From Candidatus Omnitrophota bacterium (GTDB lineage: Bacteria; Omnitrophota; Gorgyraeia; Duberdicusellales; 4484-171): a stretch of 64,000 bases of DNA. Numbering within the stretch: the stretch's first letter is position 1; every line of letters begins with the position of its first letter. Both the position numbers and the translations under genes were made by a program. The stretch spans positions 192,001 through 256,000 of the forward strand of contig JAIPGM010000002.1 in the NCBI GenBank assembly GCA_021735655.1, written 5' to 3'. A model generated the notes under the pieces. It ran no database searches. It saw only the letters and a list, made by a program, of their open reading frames with translations, and was not told the DNA's origin. Below, piece by piece: positions 11,027 through 19,780 of the stretch.

Positions 11027-12130
11027 CTATGACAGATTGTTTAAAAAGTCTTTATATTCAAAATGACGAACGACCTTTAAACCCCCGGTTTTCTTTTTTA
11101 TGACGATTGATGGCATTGGTAATCCATTAAACCAGTTTTTTTTAACCATGGTATATCCGGCAACATCATTAATTTTAATTATGCTGCCTATCTTTAATCG
11201 AGATTTAAATTTATAGGTTCCAAATATATCTCCGGCTAAACAGGAGCGACCAGCAATCATATATTCAAATTGTCCCTTAGCGGAAGTTTTAATTTTAGCC
11301 TCGGTTCGATAAACTAAAAGATCCAATAAATGCGCTTCGATTGAGGAGTCGACAATGGCAATATTTAGCTTGTTATGGACTATATCCAGTACGCTGGTTA
11401 TTAGTTCGGCTGACTGAGTGATAACCGCTTCTCCAGGTTCCAAATAAATTTGGACCGCAAATTTATCGCTAAAGTTCTTTAGTAATCTCGAAAATTTATC
11501 TACCGGATAACCGGGCTTGGTAAAGTATATTCCGCCGCCTAAGCTTACCCAGCTTACTTTATGCAATAAATCTCGGTAGTTTCGGGCGATAATATTTAGA
11601 TTGTTAGAAAAATTTTTAAAATTATCATTTTCGCAGTTAAAATGAAACATGAGGCCGCTTATTAAATGAACTACGTTTTGAACAGCTTTTTTGTCAACCA
11701 CACCAAGACGTGAGTACTTACGAGCCGGATTGGCTAAATCAAAGTGTGAATAACTGATTTCGGGGTTAATTCTTAAACCAATTTTTAAACCAGAGGTGTT
11801 CCCATGGAATTTTTTTAGTTGCCCGATTGAATTAAAAATAATCTTATCGGCATAGCGACGAATAGTTTTTATTTCCTTTTCAGAGAAAGCAACACTGTAA
11901 ATTTGGACTTCTTTTTGAAACTTTTCGTATCCTAGGCGAGCTTCGTGGAGAGAGCTGCTGGTCGTACCATCAAGGTATTTTTTCATTAAACCAAAGACGC
12001 TCCAGGTAGAAAAACACTTTAAAGCTAAAACGAACTTTGCTCCAGAAGATTTTTTAATCCGTTCGATTAGCTTGAGGTTTTTTAATAATTTATCCTCGTG
12101 AATTAAATAATAAGGGGTTGCTAGTTTCAT
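11027..12130 (-). CDS. nspC: carboxy(nor)spermidine decarboxylase
   Basis: 367 aa, PLP-dependent fold III decarboxylase; NspC-typical N-terminus YYLIHEDKL. Confidence 0.8.
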   Translation of the reverse strand: MKLATPYYLIHEDKLLKNLKLIERIKKSSGAKFVLALKCFSTWSVFGLMKKYLDGTTSSSLHEARLGYEKFQKEVQIYSVAFSEKEIKTIRRYADKIIFNSIGQLKKFHGNTSGLKIGLRINPEISYSHFDLANPARKYSRLGVVDKKAVQNVVHLISGLMFHFNCENDNFKNFSNNLNIIARNYRDLLHKVSWVSLGGGIYFTKPGYPVDKFSRLLKNFSDKFAVQIYLEPGEAVITQSAELITSVLDIVHNKLNIAIVDSSIEAHLLDLLVYRTEAKIKTSAKGQFEYMIAGRSCLAGDIFGTYKFKSRLKIGSIIKINDVAGYTMVKKNWFNGLPMPSIVIKKKTGGLKVVRHFEYKDFLNNLS

Positions 12131-12205
12131 ATTTTATTTAAATTTGGTCTATATTAACAATATTTAATTATTCTGGCAAGCCTTTTATTGAACTTTCCTT
12201 TTTGC

Positions 12206-12234
12206 TTGTTAACCGAGACAATTTCTGTTAAAAT
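12206..12234 (+). promoter_or_regulatory. promoter for tRNA-Thr: TTGTTA-17-TAAAAT with TG extended -10
   Basis: -35 at 12206-12211, TGnTAAAAT at 12226-12234, tRNA starts 12255. Confidence 0.4.
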
Positions 12235-12254
12235 CGATTACTAATTTGAATATT

Positions 12255-12327
12255 GCCGAGATAGCTCAGTTGGCAGAGCAGGGGCTTCGTAAGTCTCAGG
12301 TCGAGAGTTCGAATCTCTCTCTCGGCT
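12255..12327 (+). tRNA. tRNA-Thr (anticodon CGU)
   Basis: Cloverleaf folded by hand: acceptor GCCGAGA/UCUCGGC, D arm GCUC-AGUUGGCA-GAGC, anticodon loop UUCGUAA, T loop UUCGAAU; no encoded CCA. Confidence 0.85.
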
Positions 12328-12349
12328 TAGAATAAGGAAGATCACTTTA

Positions 12350-13597
12350 ATGCGGTACTTAAAAATACTCAAGAAACGGAATTTTTTCCTTCTTTGGTTT
12401 GGCCAAATAATTTCTCAATTTGGCGATCGGCTCACTCAGATTGCTCTGGTTGGTTTAGTATCGGCGGCTTCAAAATCTTCGGCCCAGTTGGCGGTTGTAA
12501 TGAGCATGGCGATTGTGCCAGTTTTTATTATTTCACCAATATCTGGTGTGTATATTGACCGTTGGGATAAGCGTAAAACACTCTACCTTTGCGATTCAAT
12601 AAGGGTTATTCTTATGTTGTTAATACCGTTTGTTTTCCTTAAATCGCATTCACTTATTCCGATATATGCTTTAATTTTCCTTTCTTTTAGTGCTGGTCGG
12701 TTTTTCATTCCGGCTAAGATGGCCTTCTTACCCCGAGTGGTTGAAAAAAAAGATATATTTATGGCTAACTCATTAATATCTAATACCGCAACCATTGCTG
12801 CCGTATTAGGAATTGGTTTGGGTGGGGTATTGGTCGAAAGATATGGGCTAGTCGTTGGCTTTAATCTCGACGCGGCAACTTTTTTTATTTCGGGTATGTC
12901 AATTTTTTTAATTTCGGTTCAAGGCAAAGGTGAGTTCTTAGCTAAAGACATTTTAGATATTGGAAAAAATGTTGTCGCTAGCGTAAAGAAATCATTTTTG
13001 TATGAATTAAAAGAAGGGATTGGCTATATTTTTAAATCAAAAGAAACAAAGTACGCTTTTAAAATATTTTTCTTTCTTTTTTCATATATCGGAGCTTTGT
13101 ACGTCGTGTTCATTCGATTTATTCAAAATACCTTATCTTCAGTTACCAAGGATGTAGGCTTTGCTGCAGTTGGTTTAGGGGCAGGAATTTTTTTGGGAAC
13201 CTTAGCTTATGGTCGAATTGCCCATAAGTTTTCAATTAAAAAAGTTATTAACTGGTCAGTATTGCTTTCATCTTTTTTTATTGTATTTTTTGCAGTATTC
13301 TTAAGGGGATATCCCTATACTATTTGTTTAATTTTGCTGGCTTTCGGGCTAGGAATTATGATTTCTCCGGCTTTTGTTGGGGTCAATGCTTTAATTCATC
13401 GAGAGAGTGACGAGAATCTGCTAGGCAGAATTTTTAGCGGCTTAGAGTTTACTTCCCATTTAGGATTTTTAGTTGCAATGCTTTGTGCTTCAATACTAGC
13501 TGATATTATGACTCCCTTTACAATTGTAGTTTCGGTCGGTATAATCGGATCATTTTTTTCCTTATGTTTTATTTTTTGTGATGATTACAGTAGCTGA
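12350..13597 (+). CDS. MFS transporter
   Basis: 12 predicted TM, MFS motif GxxxDRxGKR-like (DRWDKRK). Confidence 0.7.
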   Translation: MRYLKILKKRNFFLLWFGQIISQFGDRLTQIALVGLVSAASKSSAQLAVVMSMAIVPVFIISPISGVYIDRWDKRKTLYLCDSIRVILMLLIPFVFLKSHSLIPIYALIFLSFSAGRFFIPAKMAFLPRVVEKKDIFMANSLISNTATIAAVLGIGLGGVLVERYGLVVGFNLDAATFFISGMSIFLISVQGKGEFLAKDILDIGKNVVASVKKSFLYELKEGIGYIFKSKETKYAFKIFFFLFSYIGALYVVFIRFIQNTLSSVTKDVGFAAVGLGAGIFLGTLAYGRIAHKFSIKKVINWSVLLSSFFIVFFAVFLRGYPYTICLILLAFGLGIMISPAFVGVNALIHRESDENLLGRIFSGLEFTSHLGFLVAMLCASILADIMTPFTIVVSVGIIGSFFSLCFIFCDDYSS

Positions 13598-14867
13598 ATG
13601 TAAAAAACCTCAGTCTAAGCTTCGAAGCGAAAAATTTTTGACTCCAAAGAAGCTCTATCTACCACTTTCTCAACATACCGGAAAACCTTCCAGTTGTTGT
13701 GTTAAGGTTGGTGATTTTATTGAAGAGTCGCAAGTAATCGCCAATCAAGATGGCTACATCTCTTCCTATTTGCATGCCCCAGCTAGTGGCAAGGTAATAG
13801 CAATTAATGCTTGGAACAATCCGGTTTTAGGGAGATCTGAAGCAATTATTTTAGAACCACAAGGAGTTAGTAAAAAATATTTACCGAGAGAGGGCATTGA
13901 GAACCTTACTAAGGAAAAGCTTATTGAAATTATTGCTGCTAGCGGTATCGTTGGCATGGGTGGAGCAGCCTTTCCTACTCAAGTTAAACTCAAAAGTCCC
14001 AAACCGATCGACACCTTAATTATTAACGGCTGTGAATGCGAACCTTATCTCACTACCGATCATCGTTTAATGGTTGAGAATTTAAAAGAAATCTTTCTCG
14101 GTATCGAAATTATTTGCCGGATAATTAAACCCAAAGTGGTAATTTTTGCTGTCGAAGAAAACAAATCGGATGCAATAAAGCAGATAAATCTATTAATACA
14201 TACGAAGAAGTTTTCCTTGCTAGCAGCTCGCACAGCGGTTTTGCCTTCTTATTATCCCCAGGGCGGCGAAAAGCAATTAATTTACAGTACTACTAGACGT
14301 AAGGTTCCTGGCGGAAAGTTGCCTTTGGATCTTGGCTGTTTGGTGCATAATGTTGCAACCTGTTTTGCTATTTACGAAGCAGTTTATTATAGTAAGCCCT
14401 TAATCGAGCGTTTAGTGAGTTTTTGTGGCGAGGCCTTGACTGCCCCAAAAAACATTTGGGTTAAAATCGGAACTTCACTCAAAGAACTGTTTGACCAAAA
14501 AATTATAGAATTTAGAACTGAACCGGAGAAGATAATTTCCGGAGGCCCAATGATGGGGACGAGTTTGGACAGTTTGGATTACCCAATCCTTAAATCAACT
14601 GGAGGGTTTTTGTTTCTAACTAAAGGGCCAAAAGAACTGACAGAAGGTTCTTGTTTGCGTTGTGCGCGTTGTGTCGACGCTTGTCCGATGGAACTTTTAC
14701 CTTTAGAGTACTATAAACGAGCAAAAAAAGGCGAGTATCAGGATTTAAGCACTTTTAATATAAATGATTGCATTGAATGCGGTTGCTGTGCTTTTAGCTG
14801 TCCGGCTAAAATTCCGCTTGTGCATTATATAAAAGCAGGAAAACGTTATGCCCCTAAAAATAAGTAG
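13578..14867 (+). CDS. rnfC: Rnf electron transport complex subunit C
   Basis: GMGGAAFPT motif, two 4Fe-4S CxxCxxCxxxCP motifs. Confidence 0.85.
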   Translation: MMITVAECKKPQSKLRSEKFLTPKKLYLPLSQHTGKPSSCCVKVGDFIEESQVIANQDGYISSYLHAPASGKVIAINAWNNPVLGRSEAIILEPQGVSKKYLPREGIENLTKEKLIEIIAASGIVGMGGAAFPTQVKLKSPKPIDTLIINGCECEPYLTTDHRLMVENLKEIFLGIEIICRIIKPKVVIFAVEENKSDAIKQINLLIHTKKFSLLAARTAVLPSYYPQGGEKQLIYSTTRRKVPGGKLPLDLGCLVHNVATCFAIYEAVYYSKPLIERLVSFCGEALTAPKNIWVKIGTSLKELFDQKIIEFRTEPEKIISGGPMMGTSLDSLDYPILKSTGGFLFLTKGPKELTEGSCLRCARCVDACPMELLPLEYYKRAKKGEYQDLSTFNINDCIECGCCAFSCPAKIPLVHYIKAGKRYAPKNK

Positions 14868-15798
14868 TTCACCACATTTTTTATCAAAAGTCGATACTCA
14901 GCATTTAATGACTCAAGTGCTTGTAGGCTTAATCCCGGTAATTTGCGCTTCAGTATACTTTTTCGGCCTAAGGGCAGGATTGCTTATTTTGAACTGTATG
15001 GTGACCGCAATAGCCACTGAGGCGGTTATTCTATACTTACGTAAGAAAGCTTTAGCGATAACTGATGGTAGTGCCGCAGTTACTGGGTTGCTTTTAGCCT
15101 TGATTTTGCCTCCGACGACTAAGTGGTATGCCGCTACTATGGGTTCAGTTTTTGCAATTTTTATTGGAAAACATATTTTCGGTGGCCTAGGTGCTAATAT
15201 ATTTAATCCGGCCTTAATTGCCAGGGCCTTTTTGATGGCTGCTTACCCTAAAATGCTGACCACTTTTAGCGCGCCGATTCGTTGGTTAATTGTGAAGCCT
15301 CAACAATGGGATTCTATAAGTCAAGCTACACCTTTAGTATTAAAAAAATTTAGTCAGGAAATTACACCTAATCTTGATTTATTTATTGGCAATATTTCCG
15401 GCAGCCTCGGTGAGACATCAGCTATTTGCATAATTATTGGCGGATTGTATCTTTTGATTCGAAAAATTGCTGATTGGCGAATTCCTTTGTCGCTGATTGT
15501 GACTGTGGTCATAATTTCAGAGATTGGTTTTATTTTAAGGCCAACTAACGCCGACGTGTTGTTTCATCTTTTTAGTGGAGGGTTGTTGTTGGGGGCGCTG
15601 TTTATGGCTACCGATCCAGCTACGACCCCGATTACTAAAAAAGGACGATATATTTTCGGTATAGCTTGTGGTGCATTGATTATGGTAATTCGCTATTTTG
15701 GTGGTTTACCGGAGGCGGTCATGTATTCGATTCTTTTCATGAATGCCTTGACGCCTTTAATTAATCGCTATACGCTCCCAAAGGCATTTGGAAGATGA
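14848..15798 (+). CDS. rnfD: Rnf complex subunit D
   Basis: NqrB/RnfD family membrane protein; operon position. Confidence 0.8.
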   Translation: MPLKISSSPHFLSKVDTQHLMTQVLVGLIPVICASVYFFGLRAGLLILNCMVTAIATEAVILYLRKKALAITDGSAAVTGLLLALILPPTTKWYAATMGSVFAIFIGKHIFGGLGANIFNPALIARAFLMAAYPKMLTTFSAPIRWLIVKPQQWDSISQATPLVLKKFSQEITPNLDLFIGNISGSLGETSAICIIIGGLYLLIRKIADWRIPLSLIVTVVIISEIGFILRPTNADVLFHLFSGGLLLGALFMATDPATTPITKKGRYIFGIACGALIMVIRYFGGLPEAVMYSILFMNALTPLINRYTLPKAFGR

Positions 15799-16397
15799 AA
15801 GAAATAATTAAAATTATTGTAGTTTTAACTTTAGTCTGCATTATTTGTGCGTTTTTTTTAGCTTTAGTTCAAGGCTTAGCTGAGAAAAAAATTGAGTTTA
15901 ATGCTGCTAAAAGAATAAAGGACGCGATATCTAATCTTGCTCCTGGTTATTCAGATATTGAAGAAATTGTTGTAGAGGAAGATGTCATTTATAAGTTAAA
16001 AGATAAATCAGGAAAGTCAATCGGCTATGCTTTCTCAGCTCAAGGCCAAGGCTACCAGGGAAAGATAAAAATCTTAGCGGTAGCCAACCCTTCCTTGAAT
16101 CGCCTTGAGGGAATTGAAATAGTCGACTCTTTAGAGACTCCTGGTTTAGGAGCAAAGATACAGGAAGAACCTTTTAGTGGTCAGTTTAAGGGACTTAATT
16201 TAGGCGAATCAATCCAGTGTGTTAAGGGTGCTTCGACTGATGACGATAAGGTCCCGGCTGTTAGTCAAGCGACAAAAGTCTACTCAAAGAGTCAAATTGA
16301 AGCAATTACTGGAGCAACCGTTTCCTCAAGGGCAGTGGTTAATATCTTAAATGAACGTATTAAAATATTACATAAGCAGTTAAAGAAAGATAACTAG
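15795..16397 (+). CDS. rnfG: Rnf complex subunit G (FMN-binding)
   Basis: FMN-binding domain motif SGATVSSRAV. Confidence 0.8.
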   Translation: MKEIIKIIVVLTLVCIICAFFLALVQGLAEKKIEFNAAKRIKDAISNLAPGYSDIEEIVVEEDVIYKLKDKSGKSIGYAFSAQGQGYQGKIKILAVANPSLNRLEGIEIVDSLETPGLGAKIQEEPFSGQFKGLNLGESIQCVKGASTDDDKVPAVSQATKVYSKSQIEAITGATVSSRAVVNILNERIKILHKQLKKDN

Positions 16398-16410
16398 GGT
16401 TTGTTAGAAA

Positions 16411-16992
16411 ATGAAAAAAGAATTTATTAAAGGCCTTTGGAAAGAGCATCCGGTATTTCGTCAACTTCTTGGTATGTGCCCGACCTTAGCCGTAACTACT
16501 TCGGCGATTAACGGTCTTTCTATGGGGCTGGCGGTAATTTTTGTTTTGTTTTTTTCATCCTTAGTGGTTGCTTTGATTAAAAAATTAATTCCCCATCAAG
16601 TAAGAATTGCTGTTTATACTGTGATTATTGCTACCTTTGTTACTATCGTTGATCTGTTCTTCAAGGCTCAATTTCCTGAGATTAGTCGTGCTCTCGGGCC
16701 TTATATTCCTTTAATTATTGTTAACTGCATTATTTTAGGAAGGTGTGAAGCCTTTGCTTCAAAGCACTCAGTTTCATCATCTTTATTTGATGCTTTGGGG
16801 ATGGGTTTAGGCTTTACTTGGGGGGTATTTTTGCTCGGTTCAATTCGAGAGCTATTTGGTGCCGGAACAATTCTCGGATTTCGTTTATTTCCTTTAAGCT
16901 ATAATCCGTTGATCGTAATGATTCTTCCGGCTGGAGCATTTCTAGTCCTAGGTTTTTTAGTCGCAACAATGAATAAATTAGAACAAAAATGA
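16411..16992 (+). CDS. rnfE: Rnf complex subunit E
   Basis: NqrD/RnfE family; operon position. Confidence 0.8.
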   Translation: MKKEFIKGLWKEHPVFRQLLGMCPTLAVTTSAINGLSMGLAVIFVLFFSSLVVALIKKLIPHQVRIAVYTVIIATFVTIVDLFFKAQFPEISRALGPYIPLIIVNCIILGRCEAFASKHSVSSSLFDALGMGLGFTWGVFLLGSIRELFGAGTILGFRLFPLSYNPLIVMILPAGAFLVLGFLVATMNKLEQK

Positions 16993-17573
16993 ACGAATTA
17001 TTATTAATTTTTATTTCAGCGATTTTAGTCAACAATTTGGTGCTTTCTTACTTTCTCGGAATTTGTCCTTTCTTGGGCGTTTCAGGAAAGGTTGAATCAG
17101 CCTTTGGGATGGGGTTGGCGGTTACTTTTGTGATGGTTTTGGCAACTAGCATTAGTTGGTTAATTTATCATTTAGTTTTAGTAAAGTTTGGATTGCTTTT
17201 TTTGCAATACGTAATCTTTATCTTAGTGATCGCATCTTTAGTTCAGATGGTCGAAATGTTTATTCGCAAATTTTCAAATTCGCTTTATCAAGCTCTAGGT
17301 ATATATTTACCATTAATCACCACTAATTGTGCCATTTTGGGTGCGGCTCTTTTTATGGTAACTAGAAACTACTCATTTTTAGAATCAGTAGTTTTTGGAT
17401 TTTCTGGTGGTTTGGGTTTTTCTTTAGTTCTTTTGGTTATGGCTGGAATTCGCCAAGAACTTGATTATGCTGATATTCCTGAGGTATTTAAAGGTGCACC
17501 AATAACTTTAATTATTGCTGGTTTACTAGCATTAATTTTTATGGGATTTTCTGGTTTGTTTAGCAGTATATAA
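16989..17573 (+). CDS. rnfA: Rnf complex subunit A
   Basis: NqrE/RnfA family; operon position. Confidence 0.8.
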   Translation: MNELLLIFISAILVNNLVLSYFLGICPFLGVSGKVESAFGMGLAVTFVMVLATSISWLIYHLVLVKFGLLFLQYVIFILVIASLVQMVEMFIRKFSNSLYQALGIYLPLITTNCAILGAALFMVTRNYSFLESVVFGFSGGLGFSLVLLVMAGIRQELDYADIPEVFKGAPITLIIAGLLALIFMGFSGLFSSI

Positions 17574-17574
17574 A

Positions 17575-18378
17575 ATGATTATTAGCGCAGTGGTAACTTT
17601 AGGTTTGGTTGGTTTTCTTTTTGCGTTACTTTTAGCTTTTTTGAGTAAAAAGTTACAGGTTGAAGAAGACCCAAAAGTTAAAACGGTTCTTGAGATCGTT
17701 CCTGGCTTGAACTGCGGAGCTTGTGGCTTTTCCGGTTGTCGCCCATTTGCTGAAGCAGTAGCTAGAGAATCTAAAATTTTTAATGGTTGTCTTCCTGGTG
17801 GTCAGGAAATTAACGATAAGATATCACAAATTCTCGGCATTACCGGTTGTTCGGGATTAAAAAGTCAGGTTGTTATCTGTTGTTGTGGTGCTGATGAGAC
17901 TGCGAAAAAAATATCAACCAAATATATTGGGCCGCAAACCTGCCAAGCAGCCCAGATTACTGGTGGGGCCTTAGATTGCCGATATGGATGTTTTGGTTTT
18001 GGTGATTGTTTAGGAATTTGTCCGGTCGGCGCCTTAACTTTGGATAAAAAGAAAATTAAGGTTGATATTGCTAAATGCATTGGTTGTGGCCAATGTGTTG
18101 AGATTTGTCCGCGCAATCTATTTAAAATAACTCCCTTGCCTGAAATTACTGGTTTTTATTCGGTTGCTTGCAGCAATAAGGAGAAAGCAATGAATGTAAA
18201 GAAGGTTTGCGCTCAAGGGTGTATTGCTTGCACAATTTGCACTCGAGTGCCTGAATCACCTTACTACATGAAAGATAATCTTTCTTATATTGATTATTCC
18301 AAATCAAACAACACTGAACCGCTTCAGGCAGGAATGGACAAATGCCCAACTAAATGTATAGTAAAACTTGATGGATAA
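17575..18378 (+). CDS. rnfB: Rnf complex subunit B (polyferredoxin)
   Basis: N-terminal TM, multiple 4Fe-4S CxxCxxCxxxCP motifs. Confidence 0.8.
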   Translation: MIISAVVTLGLVGFLFALLLAFLSKKLQVEEDPKVKTVLEIVPGLNCGACGFSGCRPFAEAVARESKIFNGCLPGGQEINDKISQILGITGCSGLKSQVVICCCGADETAKKISTKYIGPQTCQAAQITGGALDCRYGCFGFGDCLGICPVGALTLDKKKIKVDIAKCIGCGQCVEICPRNLFKITPLPEITGFYSVACSNKEKAMNVKKVCAQGCIACTICTRVPESPYYMKDNLSYIDYSKSNNTEPLQAGMDKCPTKCIVKLDG

Positions 18379-18763
18379 AGAAGTCGTCAGGGTTGAAAAA
18401 GTTATTGGGGATAAAGTAAGAGTTCAATTTGAAAGAAAAGTTAGTTGCTCTTGTTGTCGTTTAGAATCCGTTTGCGCTCAGAGAAAGGGAAATTTTGATA
18501 TTGAGCGAAGAGGTTTTTCTTTAAAGGCGGGCGATAAAGTAGAGGTTGCTATTGATGGAAATAAAGGGCTACTTGCTGTGGTTTTAACTTTTTTCTTTCC
18601 GGCAGCCGTATTTATGGCTAGCGTAATCATTTTTCAAGACAAAGGCGAGCTGATAAGTTTTTTTATTGCTTTGGTGATTGTCTGCTTATATTATTTAATC
18701 CTTAAACTGATAGTCAAAAGATTTAAAAACAAATTTGAGTTAAAAATTTTAAAAAAGCTATGA
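18368..18763 (+). CDS. RseC/MucC-family protein (Rnf/Rsx-associated)
   Basis: N-terminal Cys cluster CSCCRLESVC plus two C-terminal TM helices; immediately follows rnfB. Confidence 0.6.
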   Translation: MMDKEVVRVEKVIGDKVRVQFERKVSCSCCRLESVCAQRKGNFDIERRGFSLKAGDKVEVAIDGNKGLLAVVLTFFFPAAVFMASVIIFQDKGELISFFIALVIVCLYYLILKLIVKRFKNKFELKILKKL

Positions 18764-19359
18764 ATATAGCAATATTAGCCTCTGGTAATGGCAGTAATTT
18801 TGAAGCAATTGCTAAAGCGATAAGGCGCGGCCAGATTAGGGCAGAAGTGAAACTTTTAATTACTGATAAGCCACAAGCCTTTGCTCGATTCAGAGCGAAG
18901 AAGTTAAAAATAAAAGATATTTTTATTAATCCTGATAATTATCCATCGAGACTTCTGTTTGATAAAAAACTAGTAGAGGTTTTAAAGATTGATAAAATTG
19001 ATTTAGTAGTTTTGGCCGGATATATGAGAATTCTCTCACCGTACTTTGTAAAAAAATATAAAAATAAAATTTTAAATATTCATCCTTCTCTACTTCCGCG
19101 TTTTAAGGGTGTTAACGCTATCGCTCGAGCTTTTAACCATGGATCTAAATTAACTGGGGTTACTGTACATTTTGTGGATAGTAAAGTTGATCATGGACCA
19201 GTAATTCTACAAAGTTCAATTTTAATAAAAAAAAGCATGAAGCTAAAAAGCTTAGAGAAAGAAATTCATAAACTGGAACATAAGTTATACCCCTTAGCGA
19301 TTAAGTTGTTTGCTGAAAAAAAGTTAAAAGTAAGGGGGAGGAAAGTTGCGATTAACTAA
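18760..19359 (+). CDS. purN: phosphoribosylglycinamide formyltransferase
   Basis: ILASGNGSNFEAI N-terminus, formyl transferase fold, 199 aa. Confidence 0.85.
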   Translation: MNIAILASGNGSNFEAIAKAIRRGQIRAEVKLLITDKPQAFARFRAKKLKIKDIFINPDNYPSRLLFDKKLVEVLKIDKIDLVVLAGYMRILSPYFVKKYKNKILNIHPSLLPRFKGVNAIARAFNHGSKLTGVTVHFVDSKVDHGPVILQSSILIKKSMKLKSLEKEIHKLEHKLYPLAIKLFAEKKLKVRGRKVAIN

Positions 19360-19780
19360 GCTTGTTATCTTGGTTTTTGGTTTATTCTTGTTGTTAGGGG
19401 CTGGAGAGTCAGGCCAAATAGTTAAGGCCACGGTCAATAAGAATAAGGTCTCAACAGGAGAATTGTTAATTTATACTGTAACTATTGAGGGTATTTTTAA
19501 AGATCCTCAAGTAACCCCACCAGAATTTAAGGACTTTAAAGTTAGTTCGCAAAGCAATTCGCAAAACTACTATTTTTCTGGATCCGGAACTAAAATAAAC
19601 ATAACGTTAATTTATACATTACTTGCTCTCAAGGCTGGTAATTTTAGTCTTGGCCCAACAGTCATTAAAGATGAGGGGGAAGAGTACAAAAGTAACGTTG
19701 TTGATATTGCTGTAGAGGGTAAGCCTTTTAAGGAAAAAAAGAAAATCCTACCGTATATTGATGAAGGCCTAGAAATTTAA
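19346..19780 (+). CDS. secreted hypothetical protein, BatD-N-terminal-like domain only
   Basis: Signal peptide; weak resemblance to BatD N-terminal beta domain; 144 aa. Confidence 0.35.
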   Translation: MRLTKLVILVFGLFLLLGAGESGQIVKATVNKNKVSTGELLIYTVTIEGIFKDPQVTPPEFKDFKVSSQSNSQNYYFSGSGTKINITLIYTLLALKAGNFSLGPTVIKDEGEEYKSNVVDIAVEGKPFKEKKKILPYIDEGLEI

